Shown here in pieces: positions 39,976 through 50,677 of a stretch of DNA of 64,000 nt (position 1 is the stretch's first letter; every line of letters begins with the position of its first letter). The stretch is from an uncultured Desulfospira sp. (GTDB taxonomy: Bacteria > Desulfobacterota > Desulfobacteria > Desulfobacterales > Desulfobacteraceae), in NCBI GenBank assembly GCA_963663165.1, contig OY760175.1, positions 3,968,001 to 4,032,000 of the forward strand, in the 5' to 3' direction. Under the pieces are notes generated by a model. The model did not search any database and was not told where the DNA came from. It saw only the letters and a program-made list of their open reading frames with translations. The position numbers and the translations under genes are program-made.

Positions 39976-41880
39976 ATGCCAATATTTATATCGCATACAA
40001 CCAGAGACGATGAATTAGCCAAAAAGGTGTTTTGGCGGTTTAACCGCATTCACAATATTACCTGTTATATCGATGATATGGATAAGGAGCTTGGAAATAA
40101 TCGGGGAAAATCGAGCCTCACTCCGTTACTGGTCGATAGGTTGCGTAAATGCGACACATTGCTTGCTGTTGTCACAGAACATACAAAAGGATCATGGTGG
40201 GTGCCTTTTGAAATAGGCACTGCACGAGAAATGCCCCGGGTTAGGGCCTCAGAAAAATTAATATCCACAATTCCATAGTCTGAATTCTGATTTCTATAGA
40301 CAACATGGAATCGATAGTTTATGGTCAACATGGAAGATTACATAAAAAATACAGGAGGACCATGTTTGATCATTCTAAGCACAATTTACCCAAAACTATA
40401 TCGGAATTAACGCCACCACTAAAGGATTTTCTGAATACCACTCGAAGCAAATTAAAAGGCCATGAACGGCGCCAATTCATGGCACGCGTTGTCTCCCTTA
40501 TGGGGCACGGCGGACAACTAAAGGCTGAAAGAGAACTGGGTTGGGATCGGAAAACAATAATCAAAGGGCGACGGGAAATAGAAAGCGGAGTTACCTGTGT
40601 TGATAATTTTTCCGGACGAGGCCGGAAATCGTGTTTAGAACATTTTCCGAATTTAAAAGAGGACATAACTCGTATTGTAAACCCTATATGTCAGACTGAT
40701 CCTACATTCCGTACCCAGAATTTATATTCCCCAATATCTGCGAATGAAGTATTCCGTCGATTAGTTGACGACATGGGATATGACCCTGAGAATATGCCAA
40801 CAGTACGGACTCTATCCACCATAATGAATAAATTGGGTTTTAAACTGAAGAAGGTCGCCAAAGCCAAGGTAAAAAAAAATTCCTGAAACAGACATCATTT
40901 TTGAATATGTGCATAGGACAAACCAACTAGCCGATGAAACAGATGGCGTTTTACGTATCTCAATGGACGCAAAAGCCACTATTAAAATAGGGCCTTATTC
41001 CCGAGGCGGATATAGTCGTTGCAATCTTAAAGCGGCGGACCATGATTTTAAACCCGATTCCCTTTTGAAACTTTTCGGTATCAACATACCTGCTCTGGAT
41101 GAAAATTATATGTACTTCACTGAAAGCAACATCACCTCTGATTTCATGATTGATGCGCTGGAATCACTCTGGCCTTCTTTGAACGCAAGATTCGCCCCAC
41201 ATACACTGGTGATCAATCTTGATAATGGGCCGGAAAATAGTAGCCGAAGGAGCCAATTCATTAGTCGCCTCGTGGACTTTGCCAAATCAGCATTTGTAAA
41301 TATTAGTTTGGTGTACTATCCCCCGTACCACAGTAAATACAACCCAATAGAGCGAGTTTGGGGTGTTTTGGAAAATCATTGGAAAGGCGAATTGCTGAAC
41401 AAAATTGAAAAGGTTCTCGGTCTATGTCGAACAATGACATGGAAAGGAGAAAATCCTGTCGTCAAATTAATCAAAGGTGTTTACCCGACAGGGGTACGTT
41501 TGGTCAAGTCCGCCGTGAATAATATAGAAAACAAAATTATTCGGATTCCAGGGATTGAAAAATGGGCTGTTGATATTCCATGCTATGAGGAATGAATTGT
41601 GGGTTTTAATTTTACCACATCCCTTATATCGAGCTTTACACCTCTGCCGGATCGATCCTCTTATAGCTGGCAAGAGACCTTGCCGGAATACCTTCTTGAG
41701 TGGCCTCGGCTGCGCTCTGATAGCGATATAGATGTTTTTGCAAGAGAGTACAAAAAACAGTCTCTGCTGCTGGAAAAAAGCATTGGGCTTGAGAACTTCT
41801 CGCAAAGATCGGCTTCGGTGAATAATGCCCGGAACTTTGAATCTACCGTAATGAAATCATTGGGTCAGAGGAGTTATTGA
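39976..41880 (+). pseudogene. TIR-domain protein interrupted by ISAzo13
   Basis: IFISH...SWWVPFEIG; removing IS plus one TTA re-joins MPRV|ISSFTP..., 173 aa, stop overlapping next gene. Confidence 0.85.
40244..41623 (+). mobile_element. ISAzo13-family IS (copy 2), 1,380 bp; transposase broken at A9 run
   Basis: TSD TTA (40241-40243, 41624-41626); ORFs 40305-40886 and 40909-41595. Confidence 0.9.
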
Positions 41881-42500
41881 TGAGTCTTTACAATTTTTAC
41901 AACACCAATGTAACTCCCAAGCACAAGACGTTTATCAGTTTTCATCATTCAGATGATTACTACAAAAAGCATCTTGAAACCCAATGGGGTCAGCAGTTTG
42001 ATGGATTTGTTTCAAGGTCAGTAGGTGATGGCGATATTAACCCATATTTATCCACAGACCGCATCCGTCAGTTGATTCGTGATGATTTCATTTCTGATGC
42101 CACCGTTACACTTGTGCTTGTCGGACAGGGAACATGGCGCAGAAAGCATGTGGATTGGGAAATAGCTTCGGGCATTCATGACACGAAGAATAATTCAAGA
42201 ACTGGCCTATTGGGCTTGCTGCTCCCGACCTATTCGGCCCAGTTGCCATATGGAATGAAGGCATCGGCTTTGAAGTATACGGAAAATGGCAGCGTCTATA
42301 ACCCATATACAATTCCTCCAAGGTTGAACGACAACGTTGAATGCGGATTCGCCAAAATATATGCCTGGCCGACCTCTTCAAATGATTTGCGTGAATGGAT
42401 TCATGATGCATTTCAGCGACGCAAAACATGTTTACCAACAAACGGTCGAGACAGTTTTTCAAATAATAAAACTGAAGCTCAAACGCACTGGAGGGACTGA
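41880..42500 (+). CDS. TIR-domain protein (ThsB/DUF1863-like)
   Basis: KTFISFHH.D, DATVTLVLVG..TW.RKHVDWEI catalytic Glu. Confidence 0.88.
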   Translation: MSLYNFYNTNVTPKHKTFISFHHSDDYYKKHLETQWGQQFDGFVSRSVGDGDINPYLSTDRIRQLIRDDFISDATVTLVLVGQGTWRRKHVDWEIASGIHDTKNNSRTGLLGLLLPTYSAQLPYGMKASALKYTENGSVYNPYTIPPRLNDNVECGFAKIYAWPTSSNDLREWIHDAFQRRKTCLPTNGRDSFSNNKTEAQTHWRD

Positions 42501-42502
42501 CA

Positions 42503-43054
42503 ATGATATCAAGTACAAATAGAAGGAAGGTTTTTATTTCACATTATAAAGGGGACCGGAATGAGGTTGATGCTTTTATAAAGGATTACTCATCCGTTTT
42601 TATCCCCAAGGTGTTGGGTGCCAATGATAATGATGAATTTATCAACAGCACGAACACCGACTATGTCATGCAGCGCATAAGGGAAAAATACCTTGGTGAC
42701 AGTACCGTGACGATTGTTTTAATAGGAAGGTGTACACATAGTCGACGATATGTTGACTGGGAGATAAAGAGTTCTCTGCGACAGGGCCAATACACACCTA
42801 ATGGCCTAATGGGAATAGTTTTGCCAAGTTGTAAGAATACAGCTTATTTACCACGAAGATTGGAAGCAAACTGGAATAGTGAGCATCATAGTTGCTATTC
42901 AAGATACTGGTCTTATCCCTCTTCTGCTCAACAATTGGCAAACTGGATTGAAGATGCATATCAGGCCCGAACTTCCCGGGCGCATCTGATCCAGAACTCT
43001 CAGGATATGATGAAGTACAATGGCGTGTGTAAAATCTGCGGGGTGACACATTGA
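42503..43054 (+). CDS. TIR-domain protein (ThsB/DUF1863-like)
   Basis: KVFISHY, DSTVTIVLIG..T..RRYVDWEI. Confidence 0.88.
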   Translation: MISSTNRRKVFISHYKGDRNEVDAFIKDYSSVFIPKVLGANDNDEFINSTNTDYVMQRIREKYLGDSTVTIVLIGRCTHSRRYVDWEIKSSLRQGQYTPNGLMGIVLPSCKNTAYLPRRLEANWNSEHHSCYSRYWSYPSSAQQLANWIEDAYQARTSRAHLIQNSQDMMKYNGVCKICGVTH

Positions 43055-45123
43055 TGACAGCAGAATACAAACCACCCTTAGCCATACACTTTATTTGGAA
43101 CCCTGCAGATGAAGAACCTGTAAGTAAGATACTTGATGCTGTCAGGTCCAATTTTGCGCGTGATGTAGACCGGCCGTTTTCTCGTGGCTTAAACATACCG
43201 CTATTTTTCTATAGCTCAGAAAACCCGAATCAGCCCCCGTCACACTCACCTGCACAGCAGGCTGCAAAAGATATTGTATTCGTGTTCGCAAGCGTAAATA
43301 CACTAGGGCGGGACTCATGGAAATCATACATTAATCAACTGTCACTATCGGACACATTTCTGGCGGTTCCAATAGCCATTGATAGAAACGGATTAGGTCA
43401 TGGCAGTGAAGGCAGTCTCAAAAATCTGAATTTCCTTAGGTCTTACGAATGGTCGGGAGATTTAAAAGAGCAGCGGGCTATACTGGCCATGGCTCATGAA
43501 ATATACAGATACGGTTTCGTCGAAATTTGTGAAAATGATCATGGCAAGTGTTCATCAATTAAGATTTTTTTAAGCCATGCAAAAGCTGGAGATACTGGCC
43601 GCCTCCACGCTGAATCAATCTATAAATTCATCGATAGTACCAATATTTCGCGTTTTTTTGATGCGACCGAAATATCGCCGGGCTTCAAATTTGATGAAGA
43701 AATTATTAAGCACATAAAAGAATCCACATTGGTAGCGATAGGAAGTGACGCCTATTCCTCAAGATATTGGTGTCAGAGAGAAATCCTATGTGCTAAACAG
43801 CATCAGCGGCCTATCATCGCAGTTGATTGTCTTCAAGATTTTGAAGACAGGGTGTTTCCTGCAGGATCTAATGTCCCATGTGTGCATGTTTCACCGGACA
43901 CTCCAATTAGTGAGCCTGATATATTGCGTATCCTAATTGCTACCATTCTTGAAACGATACGTCACCTGCATGCGAAAAAATCACTCGAATATTATCAAAG
44001 CCAGGGTTGGATTAATAATGACTGTGCCATCATCTCAAGGCCACCCGAAATCCGTCAGGTGATCGATCTGAAAAATAGTGGGAAACAAAAAATTTGTTAC
44101 CCTGAACCTACGCTCTACTCCGAGGAAGCAGACTGGCTTTCGTATTTTGAAGTGGATGCGTTTACGCCCTTGTGGAACAAGGCTGAAGATGGGGCTTTGG
44201 GTAGTTTCAGAATAGGCATTTCCATCTCTGATAATCCTGTCGGTTATTATTCAGATCACCATTTACATGCTGACCATCTAAAGAGGCTATCCCAAGATCT
44301 GGCAAGGCACCTTCTTGCAAGGACAGGAACAATTATTTATGGAGGAGATCTTCGCAAAGACGGGTTTACACAATTTATTCTCGACGAGGCGATTGCATTA
44401 AAGACCCGTCTCAATACCGATAGCATTCATGTTGAGAATCATCTGGCTTGGCCTCTGTATGTATCAGATTCAGGAATGGTTGCCTGGAGAGCCAGGTACA
44501 ATGGAATTATTAAAACTGTTGAGCATGATATTCCAGATGATATTGCAGAAGGCATCGATAAGGGTGTCTTCATAGCTCCCAGTGGAACGGCTAATAAATA
44601 CATCTGGTCTCGTTGCCTTACATGGATGCGAGAGAAATCTATTGAGCTTTCTCATGCGCGTATATGCGCAGGTGGCAAACTTGCGGGCTATCACGGAAAA
44701 ATTCCGGGAGTTCTTGAAGAGATCATCATTTCAATAGAAAAAAACAAACCAATCTTTTTGCTCGGTGCTTTCGGTGGTGTTGTTGCCGAAGTTTGTAAAA
44801 CAATCACAGACAAGGCTATTGCTGAACCGATAACCGAACACTGGCAGATTACAAATAACGCCGGGTATTTTGAGCTTCAGGAAAAAGCCAAACAAGGAAA
44901 TAAGGATGCTGACTATACGAGAATTAAGACTGTTTTAGAAGGCATATCAGTGGATGATTTGGCACGTTCTTCCGGCCTTAGTTCAGACGATTATCGGCGA
45001 TTAATGGAATCCCCTTTTGTAGATGAGTGCGTGCATCTTGTTTTAAAAGGACTAAAGACATTAGCTTCTGCCAGCATGAGTAAAAAAACGGAGGGGCATG
45101 ATGAGGAACTTTCAGATAAATGA
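43054..45123 (+). CDS. TIR-SLOG fusion protein (Thoeris type III-like effector)
   Basis: Central TIR KIFLSHAK...SSRYWCQRE; C-terminal SLOG IGISIS, YGGDLR..GFT, CAGGK..GY.G.IPGVLEE, KPIFLLGAFGG. Confidence 0.82.
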   Translation: MTAEYKPPLAIHFIWNPADEEPVSKILDAVRSNFARDVDRPFSRGLNIPLFFYSSENPNQPPSHSPAQQAAKDIVFVFASVNTLGRDSWKSYINQLSLSDTFLAVPIAIDRNGLGHGSEGSLKNLNFLRSYEWSGDLKEQRAILAMAHEIYRYGFVEICENDHGKCSSIKIFLSHAKAGDTGRLHAESIYKFIDSTNISRFFDATEISPGFKFDEEIIKHIKESTLVAIGSDAYSSRYWCQREILCAKQHQRPIIAVDCLQDFEDRVFPAGSNVPCVHVSPDTPISEPDILRILIATILETIRHLHAKKSLEYYQSQGWINNDCAIISRPPEIRQVIDLKNSGKQKICYPEPTLYSEEADWLSYFEVDAFTPLWNKAEDGALGSFRIGISISDNPVGYYSDHHLHADHLKRLSQDLARHLLARTGTIIYGGDLRKDGFTQFILDEAIALKTRLNTDSIHVENHLAWPLYVSDSGMVAWRARYNGIIKTVEHDIPDDIAEGIDKGVFIAPSGTANKYIWSRCLTWMREKSIELSHARICAGGKLAGYHGKIPGVLEEIIISIEKNKPIFLLGAFGGVVAEVCKTITDKAIAEPITEHWQITNNAGYFELQEKAKQGNKDADYTRIKTVLEGISVDDLARSSGLSSDDYRRLMESPFVDECVHLVLKGLKTLASASMSKKTEGHDEELSDK

Positions 45124-45271
45124 AAAGCATCTTTCTCAAATCCCGGCTTTGCAGCTTTTGATTGGCTTGGGATTTGAATTTTTGACACCTGCAGAAGCTC
45201 TCCGCGAAAGACAGGATCGGACCTTCAATGTTTTATTGAAGAACATTCTGCCCAATCAGCTTAAGGAGTAA
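45101..45271 (+). pseudogene. Diverged duplicate of hsdR 5' end (56 aa)
   Basis: MRNFQINEKHLSQIPALQLLIGLGFEFLTPAEALRERQDRTFNVLLKNILPNQLKE* versus HsdR MNTFQINEKYLSQIPALQLLIGLGFEFLTPAEALRERQNRTSNVLLENILRNQLKE. Confidence 0.88.
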
Positions 45272-45275
45272 ACAA

Positions 45276-46019
45276 ATGAACAAATACCAGAAGCTTGACG
45301 ACTTGAAACAGAAACTTGATTCCTTCTGTCCACTGCCGCCAGAGATTGTTTCGAACCTTCATAAGGATCTGGTGCTTCGCTGGACCTATCACTCAAACGC
45401 TATCGAAGGAAATAGGCTGACGCTGAAAGAAACCAAGGTGGCGCTGGAAGGGATCACCGTTGGCGGGAAAACCATACGGGAGCACTTTGAAGCGATCAAC
45501 CACAGGGAAGCCATTTTTTTAGTTGAAGATCTGGTCAAAAAAAATGAGCCCCTGTCTGAGTGGCAGATTAAATCGATTCACCAATTGATCCTGAAAAATA
45601 TTGATGACAAAAATGCGGGTGTTTATAGAAAAACGAATGTCATCATCTCGGGTGCCGATCATGTTCCGACCGATGCCCTGCATGTAGAAAGCGACATGCA
45701 AAGCTTTATTAACTGGTATCAAACCCAAGGGGCGTCTCTCCATCCGGTAGAGCGGGCGGCCCGTGTTCATTCTGATTTTGTGAAAATCCATCCTTTTGTG
45801 GACGGCAATGGCAGAACATCACGGTTGCTGATGAATCTGGAACTGATGAAAAGCGGGTTCCCAGCGGTTGTTCTGCCTGTGGAAAAGCGCTTGGAATATT
45901 ACGAGACTCTGGATACCGCCCACACAAAAAATGATTATGAGCCATTTTTGACGCTGATTGCAAATATAACGGTATTAGGATTCAAACCCTACTGGCATGC
46001 CTTAGGGGTAACACCATGA
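45276..46019 (+). CDS. Fic family protein
   Basis: HPFVDGNGRTSR motif; N-terminal SNAIEGN inhibitory motif. Confidence 0.93.
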   Translation: MNKYQKLDDLKQKLDSFCPLPPEIVSNLHKDLVLRWTYHSNAIEGNRLTLKETKVALEGITVGGKTIREHFEAINHREAIFLVEDLVKKNEPLSEWQIKSIHQLILKNIDDKNAGVYRKTNVIISGADHVPTDALHVESDMQSFINWYQTQGASLHPVERAARVHSDFVKIHPFVDGNGRTSRLLMNLELMKSGFPAVVLPVEKRLEYYETLDTAHTKNDYEPFLTLIANITVLGFKPYWHALGVTP

Positions 46020-49000
46020 ACACCTTTCAGATCAATGAAAAGTATCTTTCTCAAATCCCGGCCTTGCAGCTTTTGATTGGCCTGGGGTTTGAATTTTTGA
46101 CACCGGCTGAAGCCCTGCGCGAAAGGCAGAATCGAACATCCAATGTCTTGTTGGAAAATATTCTGCGCAATCAGCTCAAAGAGATAAACCGCATTCGATA
46201 TAAAGGCGGTGAGTATCTCTTCAGCGAGGAGAATGTCCAGTCGGCTATCCAGAAGCTCAAAAACATAAAATATGATGGCTTGCTCAAGACCAACGAGGCC
46301 ATTTACGATCTGATCACTCTCGGAACAGCCATGGAGCAGACCATTGAGGGGGATTCGAAAAGCTTCAATATGAACTATATCGACTGGCCCAAATCCAGGA
46401 ACAGCCCCGGTCGCAACAAGTTTCATGTAACGGTCGAATACAGTGTTGAACGTTCACGGGGACACAGTCCCGTTTTTATGTCAGGCCGTTCACCTTCGTA
46501 TGACGCGTATAAAGCAGGACAAAGCTATTCAGAGAAAAACACCACTGGTGGTGCGGAAACCGCCCGTCCGGATATCGTTCTCTTCGTTAATGGTATTCCA
46601 TTTTGCGTGATTGAGTGTAAAGCCCCGCAGATTGAAGTTGCACAGGCCGTTTCTCAGTCCATCAGAAATCAGAATGATGACTATATCCCAAAGCTCTTCA
46701 TCTACAGCCAGATGGTGCTGGCTCTGAATAAAAACAGCGCTATGTACGCAACAACGGGTACCGCTGCAAAGTTCTGGGGTGTATGGAAAGAGCCTTTGAT
46801 GGATAACGGCGAGCGTGAGTTTGAAAAACTGGCAGCAGTGGTCAACCAACCACTTGCCAAGCCTGTTGCCGCCAAAATTTTTTCTACCTTTGATGTTCAG
46901 CCGGAAGCTTTCACCGGCAACAGGCTGGTGACCGAACAGGATAAGGCTTTGTTCTCCCTTTGCCGTCCGGAAAGGCTCTTGGAATTGGCATGGAAGTTTA
47001 CGGTATTTGACGGGGGGATCAAAAAGATTGCCCGCTATCAACAGTATTTTGTCATCAAGTCTACCCTGAATCGGGTAAAGCACTTTGATAGGGCAGGTTC
47101 GCGTAAAGGCGGTGTGATCTGGCACACGCAAGGGTCAGGAAAGTCACTGACCATGGTGATGCTGGCCCGTAACCTGGCCTTGGATCCCGAAATTTTGAAT
47201 CCGAGAATTGTTCTTGTGACTGACCGTGACGACCTCGATAAGCAGCTTGGGAATACCTTTGCCGCCTGTGGCCTTGGCGCCAACCGGGCAACATCAGGCA
47301 GAAACCTGCTGGAACTGGTCGCTGAAAAGAAGTCAGGAATTATCACAACCCTCATTCACAAATTCGACAAAGCTTACGCGGTAAAAAAATATCAGGATGA
47401 ATCCCCTGATATTTTCATTCTGGTGGATGAGAGCCACCGGTCCCAGTTCGGTTCCTTTTCCGCCCGGATGAGGCAGATGTTTCCCCATGCCTGTTATCTG
47501 GGATTTACCGGCACGCCGCTGTTAAAGAAAGAGAAGAACAACTTCACCAAATTTGGTGAACTGGTGGAGCCCCATTATTCCATCACACAGGCCGTTGAAG
47601 ATGGCGCGGTGGTTCCGCTTCTGTATGAGGGGCGGCATGTGGAGATGACACAAAACACAGAAGCAGTTGATCTGTGGTTTGAGCGGCACACGCAGGGGTT
47701 GACCAGGGATCAGCAGGCAGACCTGAAACGCAAATATGCCCGGGCAGAAATGCTGAACAAGGCCGATCAGGTCATATATATGAGAGCGTTTGACATCAGC
47801 GAGCACTTCCGCGGGAGCTGGCAGGGAACAGGATTCAAGGCCCAGCTGGTGGCCCCGAATAAAGCATCGGCGCTCAAGTACAATGCGTATATGAATGAAA
47901 TCGGCATTGTCAGTTCCCAGGTTGTTATCTCGCCGCCGGATATGCGTGAAGGATATGAAGAGACCGATGATGAAACAACGGATGAGGTTGTAAAATTCTG
48001 GCAAAAAATGATGAAGCGCTATGGCAGTGAAGAAGAATACGTAAAGCAGCTCATCAACCAGTTTAAACACGGAAGCGTTCCTGAAATCCTTATTGTCGTT
48101 GATAAGCTGCTCACGGGTTTTGACGCTCCGCGCAACGCAGTCCTCTATCTATGCAGGGTACTGAGGGAGCACACGCTGCTTCAGGCAATTGCCCGGGTCA
48201 ACCGTCTCCATGAGGACAAGGAGTTCGGCTTTATCGTAGACTATGCAAGCGTCCTCGGTGAACTGGACAAAGCGCTTACCATGTACAGCGCATTTGAAGG
48301 GTTTGATGAATCCGATCTGGTCGGCACTCTGACATCCATTAACAGCGAAATCGAAAAACTGCCCGGCAGGTATTCCGATCTTTGGGATCTATTCAAAACG
48401 GTTAAGCATTCATACGATGAAGAAGCTTATGAAGTGCTGCTTGCCGATGAGAACTTAAGAGAAGAGTTTTACGGCCGTCTGTCGGAGTTCGGAAAAACCC
48501 TTGGCATCGCACTCTCTTCCGAGAATTTCCTGACCAAAACAGATGAGAAGGCTTTATTCAGATACAAGGCAGATCTTCGGAAATTCCAGTCACTCAAAGC
48601 ATCTGTCAAAATCCGGTATGCAGAGGCTATTGACTACCGGGATTATGAGCCAAAAATCAAAAAGTTGCTGGATACACACATTCAAGCCAGCGAAGTTGTT
48701 CAGCTGAATAAGCCGGTCAATATTTTTGATGATGAAGCATTCATGGTGGTGAAAGAAGAACAAGCGGTCTATGGCAGCAAAAAAACAACGGCGTCAAAGG
48801 CTGATACGATTGCACATGCCACGAAGAAAGTCATCACCGAAAAGATGGATGAAGACCCTGCGTTCTACGAAAAATTCTCAAAACTGATCCAGAAGGCAAT
48901 TGAAGATTTCAGGGCTAAGAGGATATCCGATCTGGATTATCTGAATAAAGTCGTGGAGATCCGCAACAAGGTTGTTGGTAAGGTACATGAAGATATACCG

Positions 49001-49333
49001 GATAAGCTTTCCGGGAATGAAGATGCCATGGCCTATTTCGGGGTACTTAAGCCTTTCCTTGAAGCCTATTCTAAGCAAACCGGCGAATTAGGTGAAGAAG
49101 ACCTTGAATCAGCAGCGGCTGATACGGCAATTGCTATTCATGGAATATTGGAAAAACATAAGAAAGTTCACTTCTGGGATGATGAAGACACTCAGAAACA
49201 GGCAGTAAATGAGATTGACGACTATCTCTATGATGAGCTCAAGACGGAAAGGGGGATTGAGCTGTCGCTTGATCAGATGGATGACATCATTGAGAAAGCC
49301 CTGCAGGTGGCAAAGCACAGGAGTTATAAATAA
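46016..49333 (+). CDS. hsdR: Type I RM restriction subunit
   Basis: PDIVLFVNG...IECK nuclease, WHTQGSGKS, DESHRSQ, GFTGTP, LLTGFDAP, QAIARVNR. Confidence 0.96.
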   Translation: MNTFQINEKYLSQIPALQLLIGLGFEFLTPAEALRERQNRTSNVLLENILRNQLKEINRIRYKGGEYLFSEENVQSAIQKLKNIKYDGLLKTNEAIYDLITLGTAMEQTIEGDSKSFNMNYIDWPKSRNSPGRNKFHVTVEYSVERSRGHSPVFMSGRSPSYDAYKAGQSYSEKNTTGGAETARPDIVLFVNGIPFCVIECKAPQIEVAQAVSQSIRNQNDDYIPKLFIYSQMVLALNKNSAMYATTGTAAKFWGVWKEPLMDNGEREFEKLAAVVNQPLAKPVAAKIFSTFDVQPEAFTGNRLVTEQDKALFSLCRPERLLELAWKFTVFDGGIKKIARYQQYFVIKSTLNRVKHFDRAGSRKGGVIWHTQGSGKSLTMVMLARNLALDPEILNPRIVLVTDRDDLDKQLGNTFAACGLGANRATSGRNLLELVAEKKSGIITTLIHKFDKAYAVKKYQDESPDIFILVDESHRSQFGSFSARMRQMFPHACYLGFTGTPLLKKEKNNFTKFGELVEPHYSITQAVEDGAVVPLLYEGRHVEMTQNTEAVDLWFERHTQGLTRDQQADLKRKYARAEMLNKADQVIYMRAFDISEHFRGSWQGTGFKAQLVAPNKASALKYNAYMNEIGIVSSQVVISPPDMREGYEETDDETTDEVVKFWQKMMKRYGSEEEYVKQLINQFKHGSVPEILIVVDKLLTGFDAPRNAVLYLCRVLREHTLLQAIARVNRLHEDKEFGFIVDYASVLGELDKALTMYSAFEGFDESDLVGTLTSINSEIEKLPGRYSDLWDLFKTVKHSYDEEAYEVLLADENLREEFYGRLSEFGKTLGIALSSENFLTKTDEKALFRYKADLRKFQSLKASVKIRYAEAIDYRDYEPKIKKLLDTHIQASEVVQLNKPVNIFDDEAFMVVKEEQAVYGSKKTTASKADTIAHATKKVITEKMDEDPAFYEKFSKLIQKAIEDFRAKRISDLDYLNKVVEIRNKVVGKVHEDIPDKLSGNEDAMAYFGVLKPFLEAYSKQTGELGEEDLESAAADTAIAIHGILEKHKKVHFWDDEDTQKQAVNEIDDYLYDELKTERGIELSLDQMDDIIEKALQVAKHRSYK

Positions 49334-50058
49334 TGGAGGCATTAATTCATAGCAATAAACACTCGGTTGTTTACGGCCGGAAGACCATCGATTTCAGTCT
49401 TTTGTACTGTGACAGAAAAACGATGGAAATTGCTGTGCATCCTGACAGCACGGTGATTGTCAAAGCGCCCGTGCAATCCGATATCACATTGATAGAACAG
49501 AAAATCATAAAGCGGGCTCGTTGGATTTTCAGACAGCTGAATTATTTCAAGCAGTTTACTCCAAAGACGCCTGATCGATGTTACGTGAACGGCGAGACCC
49601 ACTTGTACCTTGGGAAGCAATTCCGATTGAAATTAGCCAAGGGACAGGAAAACTCAGTAAAATTGTCTCGCGGCTTTTTTCATGTTAATTGCCGGAGCGA
49701 GCCGACTCCAAATTCTGCCAAGATGTTATTAAACCAATGGTATTCGGAAAAAGCACAACTTCAGTTTGCCCAGAGTATGGACCGCTGCTGGCAGAAATTC
49801 AATGGTTTCGGTATTGGTCAGCCAAAACTATCCATTAAGCGAATGCAAAAAAGATGGGGCAGCCTTTCAGACAAGGGCACAGTGACCCTCAATACTGACC
49901 TGGTTAAAGCACCTAAAGAGTGTATCGATTATGTTGTTACCCACGAACTGTGCCACCTGAAATATCATGATCACAGCCCGGATTTTTATAAGCTCTTAGA
50001 CTCTGTCATCCCGGGTTGGGAGAAGATAAAACACAAACTTGAGGTAAGCATGTCATAA
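49333..50058 (+). CDS. M48/YgjP (DUF45) metal-dependent hydrolase
   Basis: RWGS, DYVVTHELCHL...HSPDFY; commonly follows hsdR. Confidence 0.88.
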   Translation: MEALIHSNKHSVVYGRKTIDFSLLYCDRKTMEIAVHPDSTVIVKAPVQSDITLIEQKIIKRARWIFRQLNYFKQFTPKTPDRCYVNGETHLYLGKQFRLKLAKGQENSVKLSRGFFHVNCRSEPTPNSAKMLLNQWYSEKAQLQFAQSMDRCWQKFNGFGIGQPKLSIKRMQKRWGSLSDKGTVTLNTDLVKAPKECIDYVVTHELCHLKYHDHSPDFYKLLDSVIPGWEKIKHKLEVSMS

Positions 50059-50677
50059 ATTTAACGATTAAGTTTCGTCAAATCCTTCCTGCTCACCATT
50101 TTTGATATCTTTACTGTGGACTACATCAATATCGAAAAGCTGCCAACCCAGAATTTAAAACCCCGGACTATTATTAATATTCAACACTCAGAGATTGCTT
50201 GTTTATACGGATTTTTGATTTCGGTGATGAGCGACATAAGTCTATGTTGACCGCTTTCTTCAAAGTTTCTTCAGCCACAAAATATGGGGTTGGACCCGCC
50301 TGCTTAGCAGCACGTTTTATACCGGATAAAGTTGACATTCCGGGCAAATCAAGAATTTTGGAACTCTTCGGCGAAATGTAATATTATAACCGGGGTCACC
50401 CTGGGCTGTTTTTCTTACCCCATATCAATGCCAAGGGTCTGCATAAGTGAATTTAGGACGGTTTGCGCCTATAACCGCAAATGACAGTTGGATTTTTTCA
50501 ACCAACTGATTTTTAATTCAATTAATACAACTTGTTTCAATTTGCAAAGTATATGTTTTAGTCGTTGAATCGAAAAACTCTAAGATTCTGGGCGAAATGG
50601 ATTATTTTTCCTGTTATTGCTTCGTAGTATATGATATTATTTGGCACAAATATCATATACTACGAAGAGAGGTTGTC

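Noticed and set aside
50060..50400. Short ORFs after the M48 gene
   Set aside because: No RBS or recognisable motif; possibly degraded coding DNA
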